64,000 nucleotides of DNA from Eledone cirrhosa (lineage: Eukaryota): the NCBI GenBank assembly GCA_964016885.1, contig OZ024740.1:411432001-411496000 (forward strand), given 5' to 3'. The translations under genes were made by a program, and so were the position numbers. This document shows positions 10,662 to 23,400 of this stretch, piece by piece; position 1 is the first letter of the stretch, and every line of letters starts with the position of its first letter. Below the pieces are notes generated by a model, which was given only the letters and a program-made list of their open reading frames with translations, did not search any database and was not told where the DNA came from.

Positions 10662-13600
10662 CTACAGGCTGATATAGAGAGAAGGCCCATTCACTCGGGC
10701 CATTCTCGCCACTTTCACCCACCTTTCATAAAACTTACTCTCTCTCCATCCTGATTCTTCTTTCAAAGTGGTATTTGAAAAAAAAGAATCAGTTGTTGGC
10801 CGGAGAGAATGGTGTCTGACCTCAGACCTTTCAACCTTGTCCACCATACAACCTCTTTCGCCATAGCTATCACACAAAGGAAAACCGCATCTCCTTCGCT
10901 TTTGAAGGAGGGTGGCGGTTTGATCATGACAATGGACTCGGTGGTCAGCCGGATTGGTCCCACCCGCGACAATAGTCGTTCTACATAGCCCCACAGGTCG
11001 GTGACGCCCGGGCAGTGTATGAATGCGTGCGCGACGGTTTCTTCGTCTCGCACGCACCTCGGACAGATCTTTTTTGCAGAGTCCCTGCTCGGGCGCCCAT
11101 GTCTGTAGAGCTTGTCTCGAACTGGTAGAGCTCCTCGGTAGCACTGCCAGGCCAGGGACTTTTGGAAGTTGTCCATCGGTCCCGGGCGGAAGGTCCTACC
11201 GAACAGACTGGCCAGTTCGTCTTCCTCTACGCCTACAGTTTCACCGAGCACGTCGTCGCACTTGGTGCGGATCAACCCTCTATAGAATGACGAAGTGGAG
11301 TCTCCACTGATCGCCGAGTCCGCCTGCCAGAGGGCTGTGAGCGCCTGAGCACATTCGATGTGCCAGTCGCCCATTTTCCTCGGTCTTTGCTTGACCCAGG
11401 ACTGCAGCTCGGTCAGCAAGACGAGTCGTAGGAAGGCTCGCCTCGCGAACGGGGCCCACACCGGTTGTCCGGTGAGGAATACGTAGAGATGCCGCATCCT
11501 GAGCGCGTGTTTGCGCATCGTCAGTCACGGCATCCCCAGCCCTCCGTTGGTAGGGCGTTGGCAGCAGATGGATCTTCTCACCAAAGGAGCCCGCCTCTTC
11601 CAAGGGAATTGGAAGAGCGCGCGCTCCCTTTTGGCGAGCGTTTTGGCTGGACAAGGCACGACGGTCAAGCGGTAGTAGATGACGGACGCTATAAAAGTGT
11701 TCGCCACTTCCGCTCGACCTTTCAAGGATAGTTTGCACTCGGCCCACTTCTGGGTGAGTGCAAACACCTTGGCCGACACCTCGTTCCAGTTCTTCTCCAC
11801 CTGGAGGTCCAGACAAAACCAGACCCCGAGCAGCTTTACTGGTCCTTCCGTCCAGCGTCCGACGACGCTATCGTAAGGCATCTGTTTTCCTCTCCACGAT
11901 CCGAGTTGCAAATCGATGGACTTGTCCCGGTTCAGCTTCACTCCTGTGAACCTTTCTTATTCCTTCAGTAAGGTGCCGACTTCCGCGATTTGCGAGGCGC
12001 TTTTTCACCATTACTGTAATGTCGTTGGCGTAGGCCGACGCCGCTTTCCGCAGTCCCGGTTCCAGAGGGATTCCCTGCAACAGCTCCAACTTCCGCAGTA
12101 GTGGCTCGAGAGTCAAATACGTACAGAAGGGAGGAGAGAGGGCATCCCTGTCGAATGGATCGTGTGATATGGAACGGCTCCGAGAGGTAGCCGTTCACCT
12201 TAACTCTTGAGCAGATGTTGCTGTTATGCATTGCAGCAATCCAGCCCCTGAACACGGGTCCGAATCCTGCCGCCTCGAGAACCGCATCCAGGTAACGATG
12301 GTCAACCCTATCGAAAGCCTTAGACTGATCCAAGTTGATCAGGGCTCCACCGAAGCCGAGTTTACACCCTACCCTCTCTATGATGTATCGCATGAGGTGG
12401 AGTTTGTCGTGTATGTACCTGGTCGGGATTGCGCATGTCTGCGCCTCTCCCACCAGGTTCTCGACGACAAGCGCCAGCCTCTTTGCCAACACCTTGGCCA
12501 AAATCTGTAACTCTGTGTTCAGCAGAGTTATGGGCCGGAAGTTGCCTATGTCATCCCCCTTATTCTCGTCCTTCCTGACTAGTGTGACTACTCCCCCGGT
12601 CACAGAAGTGGGAATTCTCCCGTTCTGTTGCCAGTTGCAGTAGACCGCTTCCAGGAGACCGGAGAATAAGTCCGACATTGTTACGTAAAATTCGTAGGGT
12701 AGACCGTCGAGACCTGGAGATTTGCGTTTGCCGCATTGGCTCAGCGCGTCCCCTATCTCAGCGGCTGAAATCGGCTTTTCGCAGAACTTCGCCTCGCTGT
12801 CAGAGAGTCGCGGTAGGCCGTCGAGGTATGGACTGAAATCCATAGTCCCTCCCGGAGCGCCTCCCTGCCCGAACAGCTGAGCAAAGTGCCGCAGAAAGGC
12901 CGCACACATCTGCTTAGGCTCACGTATCACGCGACCGTTTTGGTCCTTCAAAGACCGAATCGTGGACTTGTTGCCACTTTTTGCCTCCGTCACTCGGGCC
13001 CAGCTAACAGCTTTGGCTCCCTCGTTTCCCAGAGCACGTATTTTGCTTCTGACAACGCAGCCCTCATGCTTTGCGTCGAAGAACTGGTCCAAGTCCCTTC
13101 TCGTTGCTAGCACGCTGGCTAAGTTGCCACTTCTAATTGCCTCTTCTACTTTATCTACCAGTTCTTTCTCGGTTCTATTTCTATCTAACGCTAATACTTT
13201 ACTAAAAACTAACGAGTCTAATGTAACTGCCCTCTTGAGAGAGTACCACCATCTGTTGTTGACAATGGCCCCTGTCAAGTGCTGTTTAACTAAATGCTAA
13301 TCCGTCTACTGTAGGCTTTGCATGTCGGTAACAACAAGTTCAGTTTCCAGTAGCCGGGTCCTTGTCTATGGGTTCTCTCAAGGTTGACCATGCAGGTCAC
13401 TAGTTTGTGATCTGAATAGGCAACCATGAACATTTGTGGACAGCTTAACATGTCGCTATTCTTATTTCTAACTAGAACCCTATCTAGGTACGATCTAGAT
13501 GTTCCGCCACGATTAGTCCACATCCACAGTGGCACAGTCGGAAAATCTAGTCGATATCTATCGGCCAGGTCAAATCCGCCGATTAACTGTTTGAGGATGT

Positions 13601-14063
13601 TACATGCTCCCACATAGTCCCAACGTGCATCTAGGATTCCATTCCAGCCCCCCACTAAAAGCAAGGAGCGGGACGTTCCCAGAAAAGTCTCTAGACGTTT
13701 GAAGAAGTGTGGCCGCGGTGTCCCGGATGGGGCATATGCGGCCACCAGCCTGAAGGCTCCACCTTCACTACCTTCAACGTCTAGGACCACCAGTCGACCC
13801 TCCGGGTCCAGATGTACCGTCTGTGTTACGAGGTGTTTCCGCAGCAAAACGGCAACCCCGCCCACACCTCCCGGCTGACAGAGAGATGCGTAGATCTCAA
13901 AGTCATCGAAGATGGGGGCCAGCTGTCACTCGCTGTGGATCCTGGACTCGCAAATGGCTACTACATCCATACTGTGCGACCTGAGGTCGTTTAAGAGTTT
14001 GCCCTGTTTCCAGGGCATCCCCAGGCCCCGTACATTCACATATCCAACTCTTATCTTGACCAT
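10662..14063 (-). pseudogene. Tx1 ORF2 (APE endonuclease, RT, CCHC), frameshifted
   Basis: Starts MVKIRVGYVNVRGLG. Motifs: YLDRVLV, YSDHKLV, SPGLDGLPYEFY, FRPITLLN, LDQSKAFDRV, QGCPLS, GGLGMP, CPRC..ETVAHAFIHC. Confidence 0.9.
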
Positions 14064-14078
14064 GTTGGTTCTGAAAAG

Positions 14079-15262
14079 TTAAAAGAGAAGAAAACACTCA
14101 CCACTTCGTCTCCCGGGGATCAGACCGCACGATTTCCATGGGGGTGTTAGAGGAGTTGTCTGGGTGGGTGGTGGTCTCCGGCGTGGTGGGGACGGAGATG
14201 TTTGGTGGGGTGGGGTGTCTGGGGTGAGGGTGGGTAAACTTTTTAAAAGGACGCGGTTAATGGGTTTAACACAAGGATTACCCACGTCTTTAGGAAAGTT
14301 TTCCTTTAAAGACTTATAGGTGTCCGTTGGGACCCTAATCACCTTTAAATTAGGTTTGTCTACACAGTTCGAAAAAGTTTTCCCTTCGGTTTTCACCGAA
14401 GGGTCGTTGGAGATGACCTCCATTAAAGTTTTGTTTTTACTGTTTATGTATGTGTAATGTTCTTGTTGTGTTGCGGTGGTTTTTGTCTGTTGTTCTTGTG
14501 GGAGCTTTCGTTTTGTTGTAGGTGTTTGTGTTTGGAGTGATGCCGTGGTTTTGTTTTTGGGACGGGGGTTTTGTTTGTAATGTTTGTGTTGTTTGTGTTG
14601 GTGGTTGTATGTTTGTAGTGATGTTTGTTGTTTTTTTGTTCTTGTGGTGTCTTTTCTTCTTTCTTTTCGAACGGAGAGGCTCTCCCTCATCATCATTTGG
14701 TGATGATGTGGGGACCTCGTCCGTTGTGGTGTCTGTGTTATTTAGAAGGGGTATGTTTTGGGGAGCTGTTTTGTTTGTGGGTGTTTTTGCAGTGGTTTTA
14801 GGTGGAGTGGGTTTGGGTGGGACTGTGCTTGCAGGTTGGTTTGTTGTTCTTGTTTTGGTTGTGTGTGCGTCTTGTTGTTGTTGTTGTTGTGGTGGTGGTG
14901 TTGTTGTTTTGGGTGTTGGCAGTAGTGCCTCTTTTTCTTTTTTAGTTAACTGAGGACAGTAAGCCTTCAGGTGACCACTTCTTAAACAGTGGTAACATGA
15001 AGACCGCCTACCCTCAACAGAAATGTTTATGTGTGAAATTCCATCCAGAGGCACACGTTGGGGTATTTTAGCTATCCGTTCTGGCCTCATTTGGACCAGA
15101 ACTTCCATGCTTGTACCATTGAATGTGCCTCTGGAGGACTTTCCCACCGAAATGATGGTGTATTCGTCGAAATCGATGAAGCCAGTTAGAATCCACCAGA
15201 CGTTTATATTTGGTGCAATGTTCAACATTTTTATTTTTTGTGTTTTTTTCCCATATATGTGG
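14079..15262 (-). pseudogene. Tx1 ORF1 (gag-like), partial
   Basis: Zinc knuckle CYHCLRSGHLKAYC followed by a T/P/Q-rich low-complexity tail. Confidence 0.8.
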
Positions 15263-15277
15263 TAGATAGATAGATAG

Positions 15278-15342
15278 ATGGTCGACCATATCAAATGCCT
15301 TAGACTGATCTAAATTGATCAGAGCCCCACCGAAGCTGGGAT
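15278..15342 (-). pseudogene. ~65-bp isolated Tx1 RT fragment
   Basis: Encodes SFGGALINLDQSKAFDMVDH and directly abuts (TCTA)n. Confidence 0.75.
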
Positions 15343-15865
15343 AGACACATGTGCTGAGCTCGCTCGGTAAGTTTCGTTTAAATTTATCTGGAAATTGTGA
15401 ACTGTAAACTTTCATTTTTGTACCATTTTGTAGAGAGACTGCCAGGTCAAATTTTGATCTGGTAAGTCTCTCAAAATATTCTACGCCTTTAGGCGAAATA
15501 GTGTTGTAAAAATGTTATCTTTCGAAAAATTTCGAAAAATCCTATTTTGATAAAAATGGCTGAAGCATCTTCACCAACATTCTAAGGAGGAAAGGGGAAG
15601 ATAAGCTTACAGCTTCCCCCTGCCACTGTCACAGTAGCAGAGGTAAAAAAGAAAGATCAGCCAGAGGAAGGATTTTCTCCACCTGTTGACCGACAACTTG
15701 ACGTTGCCATGGCAACAACCTAAAGAACCAGCGGCACCAGCAACAGCAACAACAACAACAATGCGACGGAAATATTGGATTTTGAACACGCGAGGAAGTT
15801 ATATATAAAACAAACCACGACACAAAGCATACTGCGTGATTTGCCTTGCGTAAAATAGGACGGGC

Positions 15866-16203
15866 TGAGGTGATGTAATATCAGCAAGGTAAAATGTGGC
15901 GGGGTGAGGTGTTGTAATGCCAGTAAAGTTAAATACGGCGGGGTGAGGTGTTGTAATACCAGTAAAGTAAAATACGGCGGGATGAGGTGTTGTAATACAA
16001 ATAAAGTAAAATACGGCGGGGCGAGGTGTTGTAATACCTGTAAAGTAAAATACGGCGGGATGAGGTGTTGTAATACCTGTAAAGTAAAATACGGCGGGGC
16101 GAGGTGTTGTAATACCTGTAAAGTAAAATACGGCAGGATGAGGTGTTGTAATACAACTAAAGTAAAATACGGCGGGATGAAGTGTTGGAACGGCAGTAAA
16201 GTC
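15866..16203 (+). repeat. 39-bp minisatellite (~8.5 units), copy 1
   Basis: Unit aaagtaaaatacggcggg(at/gc)gaggtgttgtaatac(ctgt/aaat), with no spacers. Confidence 0.92.
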
Positions 16204-16298
16204 AGGTTAATAAATAAACAATAATAATTAAAACAAAGAAAATACAGAACAGAATAGAATACAAGAATAGGATCGCCCCAAATCGGTAATACCTCGTA

Positions 16299-16666
16299 TA
16301 GATAGATAGATAGATTTCTTTATTAGCCACAGGGGCACAAAAGAAGGGGACAAATACAAAGGGGGAAGTTTACATACAATAAAAACGTGTAAAATGTTAT
16401 CACAGATGGAATTTAAAAGTTAGTCGATTTTCCCCAGTAGAGGGAGACAGCTTATATGGGTAACACATACCCCCGAAAAAAATGTGTAACCCTCATCTCC
16501 AGGAGGACGAAGAGTTTGTACACCCTTCCTCTCCTCCTCCTTTTCCTCAACCTACAGGCTGATATAGAGAGAAGGTCTATTCCCTCGGGCAATTCTCGCC
16601 ACTTTCACCCACCTTTCATAAAACTTGCTGGGGTACAGCACCTCTCTCTCCATCCTGATTCTTCTT
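16299..16666 (-). mobile_element. Tx1 3'-end fragment B1 with (TATC)n tail and TSD
   Basis: Homologous to 10436-10760. cctcgtatagatagatag is present at both ends (~16292 and ~16667). Confidence 0.88.
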
Positions 16667-16672
16667 CCTCGT

Positions 16673-16707
<35 letters not shown>

Positions 16708-19700
16708 TATTTCTTTATTTACCATAAAGGCATAACAAGAAGGGATAAATACAAAGGGGGAGTTTACATACAATCGAGTAAAAAGGGTATAAAATGAAAA
16801 TAATCGAAAGCAACCTCAAAAGGGAGGGGACGTGATGGGGGTTGCACACCCCCCCGAAAAAGTGTGCAATCCTTTGCCCAGGGAGCACATGGAGAAGGTG
16901 CTCCCCTCTCCTTCACTTCTTTACCTACAGGATGGTATACAGAGAAGGCCCATTTACACGAGCCATTCTCGCCACTATCACCCACCTTTCATAAAACTGC
17001 CTGTGGCCAAGCACCTCTCTCTCTATTCTTATCCTTCTTCCGAAGTGATATCGGAAGAAGTAGACCAGACTATGGCCAGAGAGGATGTTGCCTGACCTCA
17101 GACCTTTCAATCGTGTCCACCAAACAACTTCTTTCAACATGGCTATTACGCACAGAAAAACCGCCTTTGCTTCCTTTGTGAAGAGGGGGGGGGGGCGGTT
17201 TGATTGTCATCACGGACTCAGCGGTCAATTGAATCGGCGCCACCCGCGACAGCAGTCATTCGGCGTAGCCCCACAGATCAGCCACGCCCGGACATTGCAC
17301 CAATGCGTGCGCAACGGTTTCTTCGTGACGCACGCATCTAGGGCAAATCTTTTTCGAGGGATCCCTGCCCGGGCGCCCGTGTCTGTAGAGCCTCTCTCGA
17401 ACGGGTAGAGCCCCCCGGTAGCACTACCAGGCTAGTGACTTCTGGAAGTTGTCCATTGGTCCCGGGCCGAAAGTCCTACCGAACAGGCTGGCCAGTTCGT
17501 CCTCTTCCATGTCCAGCGACTCTCCAAGGGTGTCATCGCCCCTGCTAGCCACCAGCCCTCTATAGAATGATGAGGTGGATTCTCCACTGATGGCCTGGCC
17601 CGCTTGCCAGAGAGCCCTGAGCGCCTGAGCACACTCAGTGTGCCAGTTTCACAGTTTTCCGGATCTTTGCTTGACCCAGGACTGCAGCTCGGTGAGCGAG
17701 ACGAGTCTCGGAAAGGCTCGTTTCACGAACGGAGCCCACACCGGTTGACCAGTGAGGAATACCTGTAGGTGCCGTAGCCTTAATGCGTGCCTACGCATCA
17801 TCAACCACGGCATCCCCAGCCCTCCTTTCGAAGGTTGTTGGCAGCAGATGGATCTTCTCACCATAGGAGGGCGCTTCATCCAAAGAAATTGGAAGAGCAT
17901 GCGTTCCATGGTGGTGAGTGTTTCCTTAGGGCAAGGCACGACAGTCAGGCGGTAGTAAGTGACGGACGCTATGTAAATGTTCGCCACCTCCGCCCGGCCT
18001 TTTAGGGACAGCTTACACTTGGCCCATTTCTGGGTTAGTGCAAACACCTTGTTCGTAACCTCGTCCCAGTTCTTTTCCACCTGGAGGTCCGGTCCAAACC
18101 AGACCCCAAGCAACTTTACCGGGTCCTCCGTCCAGTGTCCGACGACACCGTCGGGAGGCATCGGTCTGCCTCTCCACGTTCCGAGTTGCAGCCCGATGGA
18201 TTTTTCCCGGTTCAGTTTCGCTCCTGACAACCTTTCGTAATCCTCCAGTAAGGTACCGATCGCCTCGATCTCCAAGTCGGTCGATACCATTACTGTTACG
18301 TCATCGGCGTAGGCCGACACCGCTTTGCTCAATCCTGATTCCAGGGGGATACCCTGCAACAACTCTAACTTCCTCAGTAAAGGCTCGAGAGTCAATACGT
18401 ACAGAAGGGAGGAGAGAGGGCACCCCTGTCGAATGGATCGTGTGATTTCGAACGGCTTCGAAAGGTAGCCGTTCACCTTGATCCTAGAACAGATGTGGTT
18501 GCTATGTAAGGCAGTGATCCAGCCTCTGAAAACAGGACCGAACCCAGCCGCCGCTAGCACCGCATCCAGGTAACCATGGTCGACCCTATCGAAGGCCTTA
18601 GACTGATCCAAGTTGATCAGGGCCCCACCGAAGCCGGGTTTGTTGCCAACCCTCTCTATGATGTATCGCATGAGGTGGAGGTTATCTTGAATGGACCTGG
18701 ATGGGATAGCACATGTCTGCGTATCTCCCACCAGGCTACCCACGACAAGCGCCAACCTCTTTGCTAACACCTTGGCCAAAATCTTTAACTCTGTGTTTAG
18801 CAGGGTTATGGGCCGAAAATGATTTATACTATCCCCCTTGTTCTCGCCCTTCCTCACCAGCGAGACTACGCCCTTGGCTACAGAACAAGGAATTCTCCCG
18901 TTCTGCTGCCAATTGCAGTAGACCGCTTCGAGGAGTTCGGAGAAGAAGACCAGCATTGCTAAATAAAGTTCGTAAGGTATACCATCGAGACCTGGAGATT
19001 TGCGTCTGCTGCATTGGCTCAGCGCATCTCCGATCTCATCAGCCGAGATTGGTCCCTCGCAGGACTCTGCCTCTTCGCTCGAGAGACGCGGCAGGCCGTC
19101 GAGGTATGGACCGAAATCCACGTCCCCGCCCGGACCCTCGCCTCCCCCGAATAATCGGGCAAAGTGCCTTTGAAAGGCCTCGCACATCTGCTTAGGCTCC
19201 CGGATCACCCGTCCATCCTCGTCTTGCAACGACCGGATGGTGGATCGATTTCCACTCTTAGCTTCTGTCACGCGGGCCCAGCCAACGGCTTTGGCCCCCT
19301 CATTACCTAGAGCACGTATTTTGCTTCGAATGACGCAGCCTTCGTGCTTTGCATCGAAAAACTGGTTCAAGGCCGTCATCGATGCCAGCACTCTGGCCAC
19401 ATCTTCGCTCTTGATTGCCTCTTCTAATTTACCTGTTAATTCTTTCTCGTTTCTATTCCTATCGGCAGCTAACATCTTGCTATATCTTATTGATTCTGTT
19501 CTAATCTCTCTTTTGAGAGATGCCCACCATCGGTTGTTGACGATTGCACCCGTCAACCTCTCCTTAACTAATCTGCTAATCCGGTTTCTGTAAGTCTCTT
19601 TTGCCGGTAAAGACAAATTAAGTTTCCAGTAACCGTACCCTGTTTATGTGTTTTCTCGAGATTGACTACGCAGGTCACTAATTTGTGATCCGTATAGCCA

Positions 19701-19958
19701 ACCGTGCGCATTTCTGGACAGCTTAATATGTCCCTCTTCTTACTTCTAACTAAGAATCTATTTAAGTACGATCTAGATTGACCACTGTGGTTTCTCCAAG
19801 TCCAGGTAGGCACAGTTGGAAAATCTAGTCGATATCTATCGACCAAGTTAAAACGGTCGAGTAACCCCTTGAGGCTGTTACACCCCCCTCTATTAGGACA
19901 TGCTCCTGCATAGTCCCAACGTGCATCTAGGATGTCATTCCAATCCCCCGCTAGAAGC
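16673..19958 (-). mobile_element. Tx1 copy B2, 5'-truncated within the APE domain
   Basis: The 655-aa ORF 17649-19616 has YADD, QGCPLS and FRPITLLN. The (ATAG)n tail is at 16673-16708, and the 5' end runs into (ATAG)n at ~19959. Confidence 0.92.
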
Positions 19959-19966
19959 ATAGATAT

Positions 19967-20026
<60 letters not shown>

Positions 20027-20476
20027 GTAGATAGATAGATAGATATCTTTCTTTATTTGCCACAGGGGCGTACAAAAATGGGACATTACAAGACGTGACG
20101 GCGGGGGTTTTACATAAAAATAACTTTAACATTAATAAATAACAATAAACTAAATATAATAAAATAACAATTGAAATCCCCAATAGGAGGGGGAGGGACG
20201 TTACTGCAGGGTTGTTTTACACCCCGTGGATAGAACAACCCTCAACACCAGTAACACGTTTTGTAGGTGTTCCTGTCTTCCCTCTGTTTATCTTCCTTAA
20301 CCTACAGGTTTATATACAGAGAAGGCCCATTCACTCGGGCCATTTTTACCACATTCACCCACCTTTCAGCGAATTTACTGGGGTGTAGCACCTCTCTCTC
20401 CACTCTCACGTTTCTTCTGAAGTGATACTTAAAGAAGGGGATAAGTTGTTGTCCGGAGAGAAAGGTGTTTGCCCTC
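19959..20476 (-). mobile_element. Tx1 3'-end fragment B3 with long (TATC)n tail
   Basis: Encodes the ORF2 C-terminus RANTFLSGQQLIPFFKYHFRR...NGPSLYINL. (ATAG)n at 19959-20046. Confidence 0.85.
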
Positions 20477-23400
20477 ATAGATAGATTTCTATTTATTTGC
20501 CACGAGGGCACAAAAGAAGGGGACAAATACACAGTGGGGGAGTTTACATAAATCGAGTAAAGAAAAAAAGGAATAACAATAATAATATAATAATAAAAAG
20601 TCCTCAAAAGGGAGGGGGCGTGTTGGGGATTGCACATACCCCCGAAAAGTGTGCAACCCTTTTCGCGGGGGAAGCCCAGAGAGGAGGCGCTCCCCCTTTC
20701 CTCTTCACTTCTTCACCTACAGAACAATGTAGAGAGAAGGCCCATTTACACGAGCCATTCTCGCTTCTTTCACCCACCTTTCATAAAACTGTCTGGGGCC
20801 AAAGCACTTCTCTCTCCATCCTGATCCTTCTTCCGAAGTGGTATCGGAAGAAGTAAACCAGGTGATGGCCGGAGAGAAAGTCACCCGACCTCAGACCTTT
20901 CAGGCGCGTCCACCACACAACCTCTTTCATCATGGCTATTACGCACAGAAAGACCGCCTCTGCTTCATTTCTGAAGGGAGGAGGCGGCTTGATGTTCACC
21001 ACAGACTCGGCGGTTAATCGAATCAGCACCACACGCGACAGCAGTCGTTCGACGTAGCCCCACAGATCGGCAACGCCCGGGCAGTGTACCAGTGCATGCG
21101 CAATGGTTTCCTCGTCGCGCACGCATCTGGGACAGATCTTTTTCGCTGGATCCCTGCCCGGGCGCCCGTGTCTGTAGAGCTTTTCTCGAACGGGCAGAGC
21201 CCCCCAGTAACACTGCCAGGCTAGGGACCTCTGGAAGTTGTCCATGGGTCCCGGGCCGAAAGTTCTACCGAACAGGCTGGCCAGTTCGTCCTCCTCCATG
21301 CCTAGCGACTCTCCAAGGGTGTCGTCGCCCCTGCTAGCCACCAGCCCTCTATAGAATGTCGAGGTGGATTCTCCACTGACAGTCGGGTCCGCTTGCCAGA
21401 TAGCCGTGAGCGCCTGGGCACACTCGGTGTGCCAGTTGCCCAGTTTTCTCGGTCTTTGCTTCACCCAGGATTGCAGCTCGGTGAGCGAGACGAGCTGTGG
21501 GAAAGCTCGCCTCACAAACGGGGCCCACACCGGCTGACCGGTGAGGAATACCTGTAGATGCCGTAGCCTCAATGCGTGCCTACGCATCAACAGCCACGGC
21601 ATACCCAGCCCTCCTTTCGAAGGGTGCTGGCAGCAGATGGATCTCCTCACCATGGGAGGCCGCTTCTTCCAGAGGAACTGGAAGAGCATGCGTTCCATGA
21701 TGGTGAGCTTTTCCTTGGGGCAAAGCACGACGGTCAGGCGGTAGTAGATGACGGACGCTATGTAAGCGTTCGTCACCTCCGCCCGACCTTTCAGTGATAG
21801 TTTGCACTTGGCCCACTTCTGGGTCAGTGCAAACACCCTGCTCGTCACCTCGCCCCAATTCTTCTCCACCTGGAGGTCCGGTCCGAACCAGACCCCGAGC
21901 AGCTTCACCGGGCCCTCCGTCCACCGCTCGACGACACCGTCTAACGGCATCGGTTTGCCCCTCCACGTTCCGAGTTGCAAACCGACTGACTTGTCCCGGT
22001 TCAGCCTAGCCCCCGTCAGCCTTTTGTATTCCTCCAGTAGGGTGGCGATCGCCCCGATTTCCGAGGCGTCCGCCACCATTACTGTTACGTCGTCGGCATA
22101 GGCCGAGACCGCTTTGTGCAATCCCGGTTCCAGGGGTATGCCCCGCAGCAACTCCAACTTCCGCAGCAGTGGCTCGAGAGTCAATACGTACAGAAGGGAG
22201 GAGAGGGGCACCCCTGTCTGATGGACCGGGTGATTTGAAACGGCTCCGAGAGGTAGCCGTTTACTTTAATCCTAGAGTAGATGTTGCCACTGTGCATGGC
22301 AGAAATCCAGCCCCTGAAAACGGGTCCGAAGCCCGCCGCCGCTAGCACCGCATCCAGATAACCATGGTCGACCCTATCGAACGCCTTAGATTGATCGAAG
22401 TTGATCAGGGCCCCACCAAAGCCGGGTTTGTTGCCAACCCTCTCTATGATGTATCGCATGAGGTGGAGGTTGTCGCGAATGGACCTGGACGGGATAGCGC
22501 ATGTCTGCGCGTCTCCCACCAAACCACCCACCACAAGCGCCAACCTCTTCGCCAACACCTTGGCCAAAATCTGTAACTCTGCATTCAGCAGAGTTATGGG
22601 CCTAAAGTTACTTAAGTTGTCCCTCTTGCTCTCGTTCTTCCTCACTAGCGTGACCACGCCCTTGGTCACAGAACAGGGAATTCTCCCGTTCTGTTGCCAG
22701 TTGCAATAGACAGCCTCGAGGAGTTCGGAGAACAAGACCGGCATAGCTAAATAAAGTTCGTATGGTAGACCATCGAGACCCGGAGATTTGCGTCTGCTGC
22801 ATTGGCTGAGCGCTTCCCCGATTTCAGTGGCTGTGATTGGCCTTTCGCAGCACTCCGCTTCGCCGCTCGAAAGACGCGGTAGACCGTCGAGGTATGGACC
22901 GAAGTCTACATCCCCGTCCGGCCCCCCTCCCCCTCCGAACAGTCGAGCAAAGTGCCTTTGAAAGGCCTCGCACATCCGCTCAGGTTCAAGGATCACCCGT
23001 CCATCCTGGTCTCGCAAAGACCGAATGGTGGATTTAATCCCACTCTTGGCTTCTGTCACGCGGGCCCAGCTAACAGCTTTGGTCCCCTCGTTTCCTAAAG
23101 CACGTATTTTACTTCGGACAACGCAGCCTTCGTGCTTCGCGTCAAAGAACTGGCTCAACGCCGTTCTCGCCGCTAACACTCTGGCCACGTCTCCGCTCCT
23201 AATCGCCTCTTCTAGTTTATCTGTTAACTCCCTTTCCTTCCTATTTCTATTCGCCGCTAGTTCCTTACTGTAACCTATCGAACTTACTCTAATCTCTCTC
23301 TTTAGAGATACCCACCACCTGCTGTTGACGATCGCTCCCGTCAACCGCATCTTAACTAAGCTACTAATCCGGTTCCTGTAATCTTTCTTTGCCGGCAAGG

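Larger units (their letters stand above)
10415..15279 (-). mobile_element. Tx1/L1-clade LINE copy A, 5'-truncated within ORF1 and bounded by (GATA)n
   Basis: Contains an ORF1 zinc knuckle and ORF2 APE-RT-CCHC fragments. The 3' end is AATAAAGAAA followed by (TATC)n at 10415-10435. (TAGA)n lies at the 5' junction, 15263-15279. Confidence 0.9.

Noticed and set aside
15866-16203. Possible CRISPR array (39-bp repeats; also 8212-8434 and 26748-26943)
   Set aside because: The units are contiguous with no unique spacers, there are no cas genes, and the context is eukaryotic.
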